Position numbers and translations under genes: made by a program. The notes below the pieces were generated by a model. The model had not been told where the DNA came from and made no database searches. It saw only the letters and a list, made by a program, of their open reading frames with translations. 64,000 bases of DNA from an uncultured Verrucomicrobiae bacterium (GTDB lineage: Bacteria > Verrucomicrobiota > Verrucomicrobiia > Chthoniobacterales > UBA10450): assembly GCA_963801815.1 (NCBI GenBank), contig CAWDGJ010000002.1:512001-576000 (forward strand), read 5' to 3'. This document shows, one piece after another, positions 49,489 through 59,491 of this stretch. Numbering within the stretch: the stretch's first letter is position 1; each line of letters begins with the position of its first letter.

Positions 49489-49524
49489 GCAAGAAACGGC
49501 TGATTTTTAGCAAACAACGGCGAG
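49489..49524 (+). promoter_or_regulatory. Island direct-repeat motif, site 3 (tandem USP operon)
   Basis: gCAAgaaacggctgatttttagCAAacaacggcGAG; ATG is 46 nt after the second C. Confidence 0.75.
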
Positions 49525-49556
49525 CCAGGTTATACCTCCATATCGATGATGTTTGT

Positions 49557-50666
49557 ATGAAAACACCGACTATCCGAAAGATCCTGGTTCCGGTTGATTT
49601 TTCACCGATGTCACTCCAGGCAATCGACACGGCGAAGGGTTTTGCCCAGCGATTCGGGGCGACCGTTCATCTCGCTCATGTCCACCAGTTTTATTGTCCA
49701 GCGGAATTTTGCCCACCGATGCCACCGATCGTTCCATATTCCACTTATAGCTACGACGCGGCGGCTGAGAAACGGGCCGTTCGCGACCTGTCCCTTCTTG
49801 CCACCAAACACGATTTATCGGCCAAAAGCGCACATCTTCTAGCCGGCGCACCGGCTTTCGACGAGATTTGCCGATTGGCCAATACCCTTCACGCCGACCT
49901 GATTGTGACGTCAACTCATGGCTGGACCGGCTTGAAGCATGTTTTTCTTGGAAGCACTGCCGAGCGCATCATTCAACATTCGCCTTGCCCCGTTCTAGTG
50001 TCGCGAGAAATGAGCCGGCGATCGAAGAGTGGCGCCCGCGCTTCGATCGACACCATCCTCGTCCCCGTTGACTTTTCGGACTGTTCGCTGGAAGGGCTGA
50101 ACTACGCGATCGCGTTCGCCGAAAAGTTTGCGGCCAAGATCATTTTGCTGCACGCAATTGAAATCGGCTCTCCCTACACCGCCGACGGCTACGCGATGTA
50201 TGATCTGACCGCGCTGATAAAAGCCGCCCAGGAAGACGGTGAACGGCAAATGCGCCAATTCGTTCAACGCGCGAAGTTCGGTCGCGTCCCGTTTGAAACC
50301 GTGACGAAGACGGAATCAACGATCGATGCAGTTTCCGAGGTCGTGAAAGATCGGAATGTCGACCTAATCATTACTCCGACGCACGGTCGAACTGGAATCA
50401 AGCATGTCTTGGTCGGCAGCGTTGCCGAAAAGATTGTGCGGCATGCACTTTGTCCTGTTCTGGTCGTTCCTTCGCACCCCGACGTGCGAAAGGCACACTT
50501 GTCGCGCCAGGCTCGACCGGTCCAAATCACGAAACGCGCGACAAGGCGTCGAACTCTTCAGCCCATCGAGGCGTTCACGCGGAAATACCGAAAGCTCGGA
50601 GTGAATCCGTTTCCCGAGCGACGTAAGACAAATAAATTCCGCGAGTCGCACTTGCTAAATAAATGA
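49557..50666 (+). CDS. Tandem-domain universal stress protein with basic C-terminal tail
   Basis: Two ILVPVDFS...THG..G....GS.AE.I...CPVLV units. Confidence 0.93.
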   Translation: MKTPTIRKILVPVDFSPMSLQAIDTAKGFAQRFGATVHLAHVHQFYCPAEFCPPMPPIVPYSTYSYDAAAEKRAVRDLSLLATKHDLSAKSAHLLAGAPAFDEICRLANTLHADLIVTSTHGWTGLKHVFLGSTAERIIQHSPCPVLVSREMSRRSKSGARASIDTILVPVDFSDCSLEGLNYAIAFAEKFAAKIILLHAIEIGSPYTADGYAMYDLTALIKAAQEDGERQMRQFVQRAKFGRVPFETVTKTESTIDAVSEVVKDRNVDLIITPTHGRTGIKHVLVGSVAEKIVRHALCPVLVVPSHPDVRKAHLSRQARPVQITKRATRRRTLQPIEAFTRKYRKLGVNPFPERRKTNKFRESHLLNK

Positions 50667-50685
50667 CATCAAAGGTGAAAAGAGT

Positions 50686-51180
50686 ATGAAACGATTCTTA
50701 TTAACCGGTGCGCTCAGCCTAATTTTAAGTGCAACCCTTCTTGCTGCGGCGCCCTCCAAATCAATGCCGCAAACCTCTGCCCAACAGCCACTCACCTACG
50801 CGAACATTGTTTCCTACTTCAAATCAACACACCTGCGTGCAACCGAAGTTCAAAAACGTTGCACCGTATTCTTTGAAGGCGAATGGACGAGTTCGAATGT
50901 TTACAACTACTGTCTTATCATCGTTGAAAATTCGGATGAGGACGTGCAGGTGACATTTTATCTCACCGATGCTCACGAGATGAATTGGGTCACGGAGTTC
51001 CTGGACTCGCCGCTGTTCGCGCAATCGGAAACTCAAGCTGTCTTCGGGCTAATGAATTCCGGCGATAACATCAAAGATCAACGGATTGGCCGGTTCCGCC
51101 GCGTCGACTACCATCGCTGGAAACCGCGACACGCCGAAATCCTCGTATTTAGTTTCACGCCAGCGCGATCCGGGCGATAA
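50686..51180 (+). CDS. Secreted hypothetical protein
   Basis: Signal peptide MKRFLLTGALSLILSATLLA; AAAGGTG SD; operonic spacing. Confidence 0.7.
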   Translation: MKRFLLTGALSLILSATLLAAAPSKSMPQTSAQQPLTYANIVSYFKSTHLRATEVQKRCTVFFEGEWTSSNVYNYCLIIVENSDEDVQVTFYLTDAHEMNWVTEFLDSPLFAQSETQAVFGLMNSGDNIKDQRIGRFRRVDYHRWKPRHAEILVFSFTPARSGR

Positions 51181-51189
51181 AATCGTCTC

Positions 51190-52016
<827 letters not shown>

Positions 52017-52020
<4 letters not shown>

Positions 52021-52625
52021 TGAACCGCACGTCTCGGGTTACGAATCGTCAGCCATATCGCTACCAATAAGGCGCCTACGAATGCGCACGACATGTCCTT
52101 CTGTGCGTCCCAAATGTCGCCCTGCATGCCGAGATAAGCTGAGCCCAGATCAGGCCGCACAATCTGGGCGACTCTGGCCTCGAGAATTTCGAAGAAACTA
52201 CTTAACGCCCAAAGCGCAGCCGTAGCGAGCCACGGCGCCCAGTTCATTTTCACATGGGCGGAACGAACGAGAAGTTCGGACATCGGATAGAGAATCAGGA
52301 AACCGAAAGTAAAATGAATCACCCGATCGTAATGGTTGCGCGACAAGTGCAGCCAATCCTGTAGCCAGAAACCGATTGGAACTTCCGCGTAGGTGTAATG
52401 CGCGCCGATTGTATGAAACGCGAGAAAAATGAGGATGAGCGCGTAAGACACATTTGAGAACTGAAACTTCGGATACGTGGTGCCGAGGACGATGACGGTC
52501 GTGAAAACCAGTAAATTTTCCAGGAACCAATCGCTGCGACTGACCGGCCGGATGGCCAGCCCGATCCAAAACATTAGGTAAATCGCCAGGGCGATTAGGA
52601 GAAACCGGTTGTGCGCAATTTTCAC
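52017..52625 (-). CDS. DUF2238 (YjdF-like) inner membrane protein, copy 2
   Basis: DWFLEN, HTIGAHYTYAEVP, RNHYDRVIHF, LGMQGDIWDAQKDM; GTG start overlaps the upstream stop. Confidence 0.88.
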
Positions 52626-53224
52626 ACTCGATACTTCTTGCGACCAAAGACCCCGACCGCTGCCATCATCATCAAGGCGCCGAGCATTGCGGAAAGCATA
52701 TCGTTCTGCGCATCCCATTCGTCCCCCTGCCCTCCGAGCCAATTCACGCCCTGACCAGGCGCAACGATTTCCGCGACGATTCCTTCCAGAATTTCGAACA
52801 AACCGCTCACGGCGAGGACAACTCCGGCTGCGATCCAAAAACTCCAGCCGCGCCGAATTCCACTGAATCGCACTAGCAGTTCGCGGATCGGGAATGCGAG
52901 AAAAAATCCAAAACCAAAATGAGCGACGCGATCAAAATGGTTGCGTGAGAATCCGAAAGTTTGTTTCGCCCAAAGGCCGAGCGGCATTTTCGCATAGGTA
53001 TAATGCGCTCCAATCATGTGGAGCACCAGAAACAGCGCGATGCAAATATAAGCCGCCTTGGAAAGCTCCAAGCGCCGATAGGTGAAAACCAGCGCAACAA
53101 CAAAGATTACAACTAAAATATTCTCAAGCAGCCATGCCTGCCGATCCACTGGCTGGATTGCGGTCAGAATCCAGATTCCGGCGCAAACGACGGCCAGGAA
53201 AGCGACGAGTCGGGTTTGATTCAC
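52622..53224 (-). CDS. DUF2238 (YjdF-like) inner membrane protein, copy 1
   Basis: WLLEN, HMIGAHYTYAKMP, RNHFDRVAHF, LGGQGDEWDAQNDM. Confidence 0.88.
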   Translation of the reverse strand: MNQTRLVAFLAVVCAGIWILTAIQPVDRQAWLLENILVVIFVVALVFTYRRLELSKAAYICIALFLVLHMIGAHYTYAKMPLGLWAKQTFGFSRNHFDRVAHFGFGFFLAFPIRELLVRFSGIRRGWSFWIAAGVVLAVSGLFEILEGIVAEIVAPGQGVNWLGGQGDEWDAQNDMLSAMLGALMMMAAVGVFGRKKYRV

Positions 53225-53402
53225 AGTAACTCCGTCTCCGATGTTGGCCGATAGGCCTCGGTAGCAACAGATCGAATTCCTGAAAACTTAAATCTCAGTC
53301 CTCTTTTCTACGTTGGATGCGGCCGCATCTCGTCCAACGAAGGAATTACGCGCCCTGACCAGAAGTCGACATGCCAGTCGCTAGTGCGGTCACGAACGCC
53401 AT

Positions 53403-53438
53403 GCCCATCGCGCTTGCGACATTCTGTTCAGATGTTGC
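53403..53438 (-). promoter_or_regulatory. Island direct-repeat motif, site 4 (DUF2238 pair)
   Basis: gCAAcatctgaacagaatgtcgCAAgcgcgatgggc; very similar to the Hsp20 site. Confidence 0.65.
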
Positions 53439-53452
53439 GCACAGGCTGTTAA

Positions 53453-53488
53453 CCAAGAAATGCCAAGCATTTAGCAATTGGCGCGAGA
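53453..53488 (+). promoter_or_regulatory. Island direct-repeat motif, site 5 (22-aa ORF / PocR-AraC 2)
   Basis: cCAAgaaatgccaagcatttagCAAttggcgcgaga; ATG is 45 nt after the second C. Confidence 0.7.
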
Positions 53489-53519
53489 CAGCTGGTCAAA
53501 CGATTCGCAATTTTGAGCC

Positions 53520-53588
53520 ATGAAAACTAAATTACATCGAAGGAAACTCCGCGCTCGTGATCAGGAGTTAGACATTCCGAAAGTTTGA
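53520..53588 (+). CDS. 22-aa ORF with DQELDI (micro-peptide or deletion relic)
   Basis: MKTKLHRRKLRARDQELDIPKV*; starts at the motif-defined distance; shares DQELDI with the end of the cNMP protein. Confidence 0.4.
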   Translation: MKTKLHRRKLRARDQELDIPKV

Positions 53589-53635
53589 AGTGACCGTAGG
53601 GTTAAGTCGGAGTGGAAGTCGCGCCATAACTCGGA

Positions 53636-53664
53636 TTGACCCTGATCTGTCTTAGCCGGATACT
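53636..53664 (+). promoter_or_regulatory. Putative sigma70-type promoter of PocR-AraC 2
   Basis: TTGACC-17 bp-GATACT. Confidence 0.6.
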
Positions 53665-53681
53665 ACTTCGTTTCCTGTTCC

Positions 53682-54596
53682 ATGGTTAAGTCCCAGGCTG
53701 CCGGCGCGGATTCGAACAAGCAACTAATCGACATGTTGCGGCGCTCCCGACTGTTTCGTGATTACGAAACCGTGTTTACGAAGGCGACTGGCCTGCCTTT
53801 AACCCTTCAGCCGCTCGAGTACTGGCAGTTGGCTCATCACGGGAAAAAACATGAAAATCCGTTTTGTGCGCTGCTCTCCGAACGGCCCGCCACTCTTGCC
53901 GTCTGTTTGCAAGCGCACGAGCAGATGATTCAACATACTCACGTGCTGCCGCATAGCGTGACTTGCCCGTTCGGCTTAACCGAAACCGCGGTGCCGGTGA
54001 GGCTCGGCGACAAAGCGATCGGATATCTGCGAATTGGGCAAGTGATGCGTCACGTTTCGTCCCAGTCTGACGAATCTAAGGTGAGTCGCGAGCTGGCAAA
54101 GCACGGGGTCCAATTCAAGGGCGATATCCGCAAAGCGTGGGAACACAATCCGCTGTTCCCGCCGGAGAAATACAATGCGATCATCCGATTGCTCTCGTTC
54201 TTTGCCGAACAACTTTCCGCGCTGATCAATCAGATATTACTCGAAAAGCAAAATGCCGAGCCGCGGGTTGTCCAGAAGGCCCGGGAATACATAGCGAACA
54301 ATAAAAAGGAGGCACTCTCATTGGCGGCAGTGGCAAAGGCGTCCGGCGCGAGCATGTTCCATTTCTGCAAGGTATTTCATAAAACCACTGGGTTGAAATT
54401 CACTGATTATGTTGCCCGCCTTCGACTGGAGGACGCAAAAACCGAACTCTTAAATCCAAGCCGACGGATCAGTGAGGTCGCTTACGATGTCGGTTTTCAG
54501 TCGCTAACGCAATTCAATCGAATATTTAAACGCGTATTCGGCCAATCGCCAACAGTGTTTCGCGAGCACCTGAACCAGAAAGAGGCGCGCAAATAG
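53682..54596 (+). CDS. PocR-sensor AraC-family transcriptional regulator 2 (close paralog of 48484)
   Basis: DSNKQLIDMLRRSRLFRDYE, HGKKHENPFC, TCPFGLTETAVPV; HTH near-identical to paralog 1. Confidence 0.92.
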   Translation: MVKSQAAGADSNKQLIDMLRRSRLFRDYETVFTKATGLPLTLQPLEYWQLAHHGKKHENPFCALLSERPATLAVCLQAHEQMIQHTHVLPHSVTCPFGLTETAVPVRLGDKAIGYLRIGQVMRHVSSQSDESKVSRELAKHGVQFKGDIRKAWEHNPLFPPEKYNAIIRLLSFFAEQLSALINQILLEKQNAEPRVVQKAREYIANNKKEALSLAAVAKASGASMFHFCKVFHKTTGLKFTDYVARLRLEDAKTELLNPSRRISEVAYDVGFQSLTQFNRIFKRVFGQSPTVFREHLNQKEARK

Positions 54597-54770
54597 CACT
54601 TTTCGCCGGCTAAAAATTCATGGGGTTCTACCTGAAGCAGATCCGCCTGCTTCGACAACCTTAAATGCTTGGCTTCCCGGAGATCAAATGGGGACTGTTC
54701 CTGCCATTCATTTTTGAATGCCAGCTGTTTGCCACTTTAGATCCCACTCATGGAGGCATCACGGTTCGGG

Positions 54771-55172
54771 TTAGTCCCTTCTTTTCTGTGCTGCACGAGC
54801 CGCTTCGAGCATCTGATTGTGCTCTGCTTCTCTGATTCCTTCTTCGACAAGCTGCGCACTCTCACTCCGTCCTTCGCTGTCCTCGTCTTCGCCAAACGAC
54901 TCCGTCGTGTGATGGCCGATTGAGCCTCGTACGGGATCCCAGCGTTCCGATTCGGGCATCGACTCCAGAACTTGATCTAGAATATCAATGTCCGGTTCGC
55001 CTGTTAACTCACGTTGGGCCTGTTCATAGTCAACCTGGGACGGTTGCGGGGGAACATGGCCTGCGATAGCGGCTAATTCATGCGCGCGAGCTTTTACCAT
55101 CTCTGGAGTCACCGTGCCAACGCCGGTCGCATTCTCAGTTATAATACCTTTGTTAAGAGGATTCTTGTTCAT
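54771..55172 (-). CDS. Acidic hypothetical protein (DUF2934-like N-terminal helix)
   Basis: MVKARAHELA....DYEQAQREL; directly downstream of hsp20. Confidence 0.6.
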   Translation of the reverse strand: MNKNPLNKGIITENATGVGTVTPEMVKARAHELAAIAGHVPPQPSQVDYEQAQRELTGEPDIDILDQVLESMPESERWDPVRGSIGHHTTESFGEDEDSEGRSESAQLVEEGIREAEHNQMLEAARAAQKRRD

Positions 55173-55219
55173 GATGTTAGGCGGCGTGCGACCGCGCACG
55201 CCGTCCCTTTGGTTCTCTC

Positions 55220-55690
55220 TCATTGCACTTTGACTTCAATCGGTTTCGGTTTCACTGCCGGAATTTTTGGTAGGTGCACTTTCAATACACCGTCGCGGAA
55301 GTCGGCCGCGATTTTGTTCGCGTCGGCGTCTTCCGGGACAACGAACGTGCGCTCGAAGAAGCCGTAGGAGCGCTCGATCCGGTGATATTTCTTTTTCTTC
55401 TCTTCTTTCTCGACTTTCCGCTCGCCCGAAAGTGAAAGAATACCGTTTTCGACTACAACTTTTACCTCTTCCTTCTTCATCTCGGGCAAGTCCGCCGTGA
55501 ACAGATACTCATGATCGTCTTCGGTGATATCCACCAAGGGTGACCAGTCAGGTAACTTCAGGCTCTCGCCGTTTTCCATCCGGCGAACGAATCCCACTCG
55601 ATTTGGGAATCCATTCGAGAAGAAGCTCCCAAGCCGATTTTGCAGCTCGTCCAGTTCACCGAAAGGATTCCATTTAATTAATGTGCTCAT
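55220..55690 (-). CDS. Hsp20/alpha-crystallin small heat shock protein
   Basis: WSPLVDITE, ADLPEMKKEEVKV, SGERK, YHRIERSYGFFER.F..P, FRDGVLKVHLPK; AGAAAGG SD. Confidence 0.95.
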   Translation of the reverse strand: MSTLIKWNPFGELDELQNRLGSFFSNGFPNRVGFVRRMENGESLKLPDWSPLVDITEDDHEYLFTADLPEMKKEEVKVVVENGILSLSGERKVEKEEKKKKYHRIERSYGFFERTFVVPEDADANKIAADFRDGVLKVHLPKIPAVKPKPIEVKVQ

Positions 55691-55739
55691 TGTTTTTTGC
55701 CTTTCTACTAAGACAATCTGGTCGGATCGCAGACGGACA

Positions 55740-55775
55740 CTCATCGGGATTTGCGAGAATCTGTTCGGATTTTGC
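55740..55775 (-). promoter_or_regulatory. Island direct-repeat motif, site 6 (hsp20)
   Basis: gCAAaatccgaacagattctcgCAAatcccgatGAG. Confidence 0.75.
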
Positions 55776-55806
55776 GCAAAGATCCCGGCCGATCACAAAT
55801 CAGTGC

Positions 55807-55878
55807 CTCCCGTCCGACGAAGCAAAATTCGTCAGGGGAAGTGAATTAGTCGTCGATGGCGGTTACACCGCGCACTGA
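55807..55878 (+). pseudogene. Extreme C-terminal remnant of an SDR oxidoreductase
   Basis: LPSDEAKFVRGSELVVDGGYTAH* matches the SDR terminal pattern L.SD.A.FVTG..L.VDGG.TA; nothing SDR-like upstream. Confidence 0.65.
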
Positions 55879-55943
55879 CACGATCCGGTCGGTCGTTGTC
55901 CTATTCGGAAAACCCCACGGCCTATTCTGGCCAGCCGAACAGG

Positions 55944-55979
55944 ACAAGAACTGCGCAGTGGTTCGCAAGATTCGCGAAG
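55944..55979 (+). promoter_or_regulatory. Island direct-repeat motif, site 7 (CBS-hydrolase-PRT operon)
   Basis: aCAAgaactgcgcagtggttcgCAAgattcgcgAAG. Confidence 0.75.
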
Positions 55980-56026
55980 CGCAACAACCTCCCCGCGTGT
56001 CTTCTGAAAACAGAAAGATGAACTTT

Positions 56027-56491
56027 ATGAAAGTAAAAGATGTAATGACCAAAGACGTCAGGATTTGCGGAATCAATGACACTCTCGCGAACGCGGCGCG
56101 AACGATGTGGGTAAACGACTGCGGCATCCTGCCAATTGTTAACAACGACGGGGTCGCGGTCGGGGTTGTAACCGATCGCGACATTTGTATGGCCGCCGCC
56201 AGCAAAGACCGGAGGCCATCGAGCATCTCGGTCGCTGAAGTGATGATGCGCCAGCTCTATTCCTGCCCGCCCGAAGCCGATATTCGCGAAGCGTTGCAGA
56301 TCATGCGCGAGAAGCGGGTGAGGCGGTTGCCGGTCCTCGACGACAAAAAGGTGCTCTGCGGAATTCTTTCCCTGGACGATGTTGCGGTAAAGACGCGCGC
56401 CGCTGACAAACCGGCGGAGCTTTCGGCCGAGGATGTCGAGATAACGCTCGACGCGATTTGCCGGCGCACTGCGCAAAAGGAGGCGGCCTAG
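56027..56491 (+). CDS. Tandem CBS domain protein (Hrp1-like)
   Basis: MKVKDVMT, CGILPIV, GVVTDRDI, MREKRVRRLPV, GILSLDD. Confidence 0.92.
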   Translation: MKVKDVMTKDVRICGINDTLANAARTMWVNDCGILPIVNNDGVAVGVVTDRDICMAAASKDRRPSSISVAEVMMRQLYSCPPEADIREALQIMREKRVRRLPVLDDKKVLCGILSLDDVAVKTRAADKPAELSAEDVEITLDAICRRTAQKEAA

Positions 56492-56500
56492 GCCGGAGCG

Positions 56501-57208
56501 ATGAAACTGCACGAACAACACGATGAGTTGTCGCGAGACATCGTCGAGTCGCACATGGAATCTGTGCCGCTTCAGATCCCCGCCGGCAACGCAATGCTTT
56601 CCGGCGATTTGGAGATTCCTGAAAATGCGGCTGGCCTGGTGTTGTTCGCGCATGGTAGCGGTAGCAGCCGTTTCAGCCGGCGCAACCGCGCTGTCGCTGG
56701 AATTCTTCGCAATTCCGGAATCGCCACGCTCCTATTCGATCTTCTAACGCCGGAAGAAGAAGCCGAAGATGCATACACTGGCCATCTCCGGTTTAACATT
56801 GGTCTGCTTAGCCGACGGCTCGCCATCGTCACACAAGAGATGGCCGATGATCCGCGCTGCCGAAATTTTCAGATCGGATATTTCGGTGCGAGCACTGGAG
56901 GCGCGGCGGCATTGCGCGCCGCTGCTGCTCTGGGAGCAACAATCCATGCGGTAGTGTCGCGTGGAGGAAGACCCGATCTCGCCGGCGATGCTTTGTCTTA
57001 TGTGAAAGCGCCGACGTTGCTTATCGTTGGCGAGCGTGACGAGCAAGTTCTGCGTCTGAACGAGCAAGCACTCGAGCAGCTGACTTGCCAGAAGTCTTTG
57101 GCGGTCGTGCCGCATGCTACCCATTTGTTCGAGGAAACCGGCGCGCTCGAGGAAGTGGCGCGCCTCGCAGCCGACTGGTTCGCAAAACATCTGAAATCAA
57201 AACAATGA
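56501..57208 (+). CDS. Dienelactone hydrolase-like alpha/beta hydrolase
   Basis: VLFAHGSGSSRFS.RN, TLLFDLLT, GYFGASTG, VVSRGGRPDLA, ATHLFEE.GALE. Confidence 0.9.
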   Translation: MKLHEQHDELSRDIVESHMESVPLQIPAGNAMLSGDLEIPENAAGLVLFAHGSGSSRFSRRNRAVAGILRNSGIATLLFDLLTPEEEAEDAYTGHLRFNIGLLSRRLAIVTQEMADDPRCRNFQIGYFGASTGGAAALRAAAALGATIHAVVSRGGRPDLAGDALSYVKAPTLLIVGERDEQVLRLNEQALEQLTCQKSLAVVPHATHLFEETGALEEVARLAADWFAKHLKSKQ

Positions 57209-57870
57209 AAACACAGTTCTTGAACCGCAGCGAAGCGGGAAAATTCTTGGCCCAAAATCTCGGAGCCTACGTTAATCAAGACGGCGTCATCGTGCTGGCG
57301 TTGCCGCGCGGCGGCGTGCCGGTCGCCGCGGAAGTGGCGAAGAAATTGAACGCCCCGCTTGATGTGTTCGTGGTCCGCAAGTTGGGCGTGCCGGGTCATC
57401 CGGAGCTCGCGATGGGAGCGATCGCTACCGGTGGAGTGCGGGTAACGAATCGTGAGGTCGTCGAGGCACTGCGAATACCGGAGATCGTTAGTGATGCCGT
57501 GGCCGCGCAGGAACAGGAAGAGCTCGCCCGTCGCGAGCGCGCGTATCGGGACGAGCTTCCACCACCGCAGGTGCAAGGAAAAACTGTCATTCTGGTCGAT
57601 GACGGAATTGCCACGGGTTCAACGATGCTGGCAGCAGTCGCTGCCCTTCAGCAATCGAATGCTGCGCGAATTGTCGTAGCCGCTCCTGTAATCGCAGGAT
57701 CGACATATTACGAGATGCGACGGGCAGCTGACGATGTCGCTGCGGTATTAGTTCCCGACCACTTTCGCGGCGTTGGCGAGTGGTACGAAGATTTTTCGCA
57801 AACGACCGACGACGAAGTTCGTGCGCTTCTTGCCGAAGTGAGCCGGCGGCAGCACGCGGCCGCGGTCTGA
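57205..57870 (+). CDS. Phosphoribosyltransferase family protein
   Basis: LALPRGGVPVA, VRKLGVPGHPELAMGAI, VILVDDGIATGSTM, VGEWYEDFSQTTDDEV. Confidence 0.92.
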   Translation: MKTQFLNRSEAGKFLAQNLGAYVNQDGVIVLALPRGGVPVAAEVAKKLNAPLDVFVVRKLGVPGHPELAMGAIATGGVRVTNREVVEALRIPEIVSDAVAAQEQEELARRERAYRDELPPPQVQGKTVILVDDGIATGSTMLAAVAALQQSNAARIVVAAPVIAGSTYYEMRRAADDVAAVLVPDHFRGVGEWYEDFSQTTDDEVRALLAEVSRRQHAAAV

Positions 57871-57947
57871 GGCAGTCGGCATGCGTATGTGTCCGCCTTA
57901 CGAATGAAGAAGCGGGGCAAGAATGTAAGACGCAGCACGCGTGTACT

Positions 57948-58973
57948 ATGAGCTACAAATTGATCCTCGATCAGTCGTTAGGCCGTAATCTGCGCCGCAT
58001 TTTCCGAAAACAAATTGACGGCGCGCTTGCGGTTGCGAATGGCAAAACGGACCCGAACGACACGGCGGTCCACGCGATGAGAAAGCGTCTCAAGAAAGCG
58101 CGCGCCGTGCTTCAGCTCGCACGAAATGAAATTGGTCGCGACTCCTTTTGTCGCCAGGACCAACGGTTGCGCGACGTAGGCCGACTAATGACGGAGATTC
58201 GTGACGCCGAAGTGCGCTGGCAAACCGTCCAGCAAATTGAAAATGCCATTCATCATCACGATTGCGCTTTTCGCAGATTCGACATGATACTGCGCTTCGA
58301 ACTGGAGGATTTTACTGTCGCGTTTCAAGGCTGGAAAGAGCAAGCAAGGCCGTTACTCGAAAAAGCACGCGACGCGGCGAAGAAATGGCATGTCCGCGAG
58401 TACAAGCGCAAGCATTTGCGGGGGGCATTACGGCGCAGTTACAAGCGCGGACGTAAGGCTCTCGCCGCAGTGAAGGTCAAGCCATCGACCACTAACTTCC
58501 ACGAGTTACGCAAACAGGTAAAGCTGCTCGGCTATCAACTGCGCATCATTCAGCCATTGAATCGCGTTGTGGTCGGGACGGTGAGCAATGAGTTAACTGA
58601 GCTCGGACATCTGTTGGGCCGCATCCACGATCTCAGTTTCTTGGCCGACCGGTTGCGCCGGGAACGCGGCGAGCGGGAGTGGCGGAAGAGGTACAGGGAT
58701 TTGTTGGCGGTCATCCAAAGCAGTCAGGTGGAACTAGAGCACGATGGGATGGAAATCGCGGAACGGTTTTTTGCAGAACGCCCACGCAATTTCGCTCTGC
58801 TTGTCGAGAAATGGTTTGACGACGAGGAGCATGCGGACTCGGCCTCGATTGCACAGCTGCTGATAGCGGCGCATACGAACGGCGCCTCGACTGGCAAGAA
58901 TTGCGCGGTTGTTCGCAAAATCCGCCAAGCGGATTTCGGTCCGCTGGTGTTTGCTGCTTCGCAACCAAAATAA
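57948..58973 (+). CDS. CHAD domain protein (polyphosphate-binding family)
   Basis: VHAMRKRLKKARA, RDAEV, FHELRKQVK, LGRIHDL. Confidence 0.88.
   Translation: MSYKLILDQSLGRNLRRIFRKQIDGALAVANGKTDPNDTAVHAMRKRLKKARAVLQLARNEIGRDSFCRQDQRLRDVGRLMTEIRDAEVRWQTVQQIENAIHHHDCAFRRFDMILRFELEDFTVAFQGWKEQARPLLEKARDAAKKWHVREYKRKHLRGALRRSYKRGRKALAAVKVKPSTTNFHELRKQVKLLGYQLRIIQPLNRVVVGTVSNELTELGHLLGRIHDLSFLADRLRRERGEREWRKRYRDLLAVIQSSQVELEHDGMEIAERFFAERPRNFALLVEKWFDDEEHADSASIAQLLIAAHTNGASTGKNCAVVRKIRQADFGPLVFAASQPK
58894..58929 (+). promoter_or_regulatory. Island direct-repeat motif, site 8 (USP-DUF2267-host attachment), embedded in the CHAD 3' end
   Basis: gCAAgaattgcgcggttgttcgCAAaatccgccAAG, near-identical to site 7. 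Confidence 0.75.
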
Positions 58974-58977
58974 GTTT

Positions 58978-59463
58978 ATGAAAATACAAGATCTAACGAT
59001 ACAGGACTCAGAGCAGGTGTTGCACGTAAAGAAAATTTTGGTGCCGATCGATTTTTCCGAGCCGTGCAACAAGGCATTTAAATACGCCCTTGGTTTTGCC
59101 CGGCAATTCGGATCGGAGGTTGTTTTGATTCATGTCATCGAACCGGCGGCAGAGCCGTTCGCAGTTGAAGGCAATGGGAACACGCAAAACGAGTTAGTCG
59201 TCGCGGAGGAAAAAATGCAGGGGCTTGCCGACGCTTCGCCTCGGCAGGGAAATCTCTACATCACCTCGGCCATTCGCACCGGCGTCGCGACCCACGAGAT
59301 CGTGGAAGCCGCTAAGGAGCTCGATGTCGATCTCATTATCATGGCAACCCATGGTGTGAGCGGCTGGAGACGTTTTGGCATGGGGAGCACTGCCAATCGG
59401 GTGGCGCTGGTGGCGCCTTGTCCTGTTCTAACCGTCCGAGAAAAGGAACACGAGTTTGTTTAG
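58978..59463 (+). CDS. Universal stress protein (single domain)
   Basis: KILVPIDFS, DLIIMATHG, GSTANRV, CPVLTVREKEHEFV. Confidence 0.92.
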   Translation: MKIQDLTIQDSEQVLHVKKILVPIDFSEPCNKAFKYALGFARQFGSEVVLIHVIEPAAEPFAVEGNGNTQNELVVAEEKMQGLADASPRQGNLYITSAIRTGVATHEIVEAAKELDVDLIIMATHGVSGWRRFGMGSTANRVALVAPCPVLTVREKEHEFV

Positions 59464-59491
59464 AAAACGCAACAATGGGAATCCTGAATCC

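Noticed and set aside
57890..57947. GGCAAGAATGTAAG upstream of the CHAD gene as a tenth motif site
   Set aside because: No partner CAA 21 bp away, G at +7 rather than +8, and only 30 nt from the ATG.
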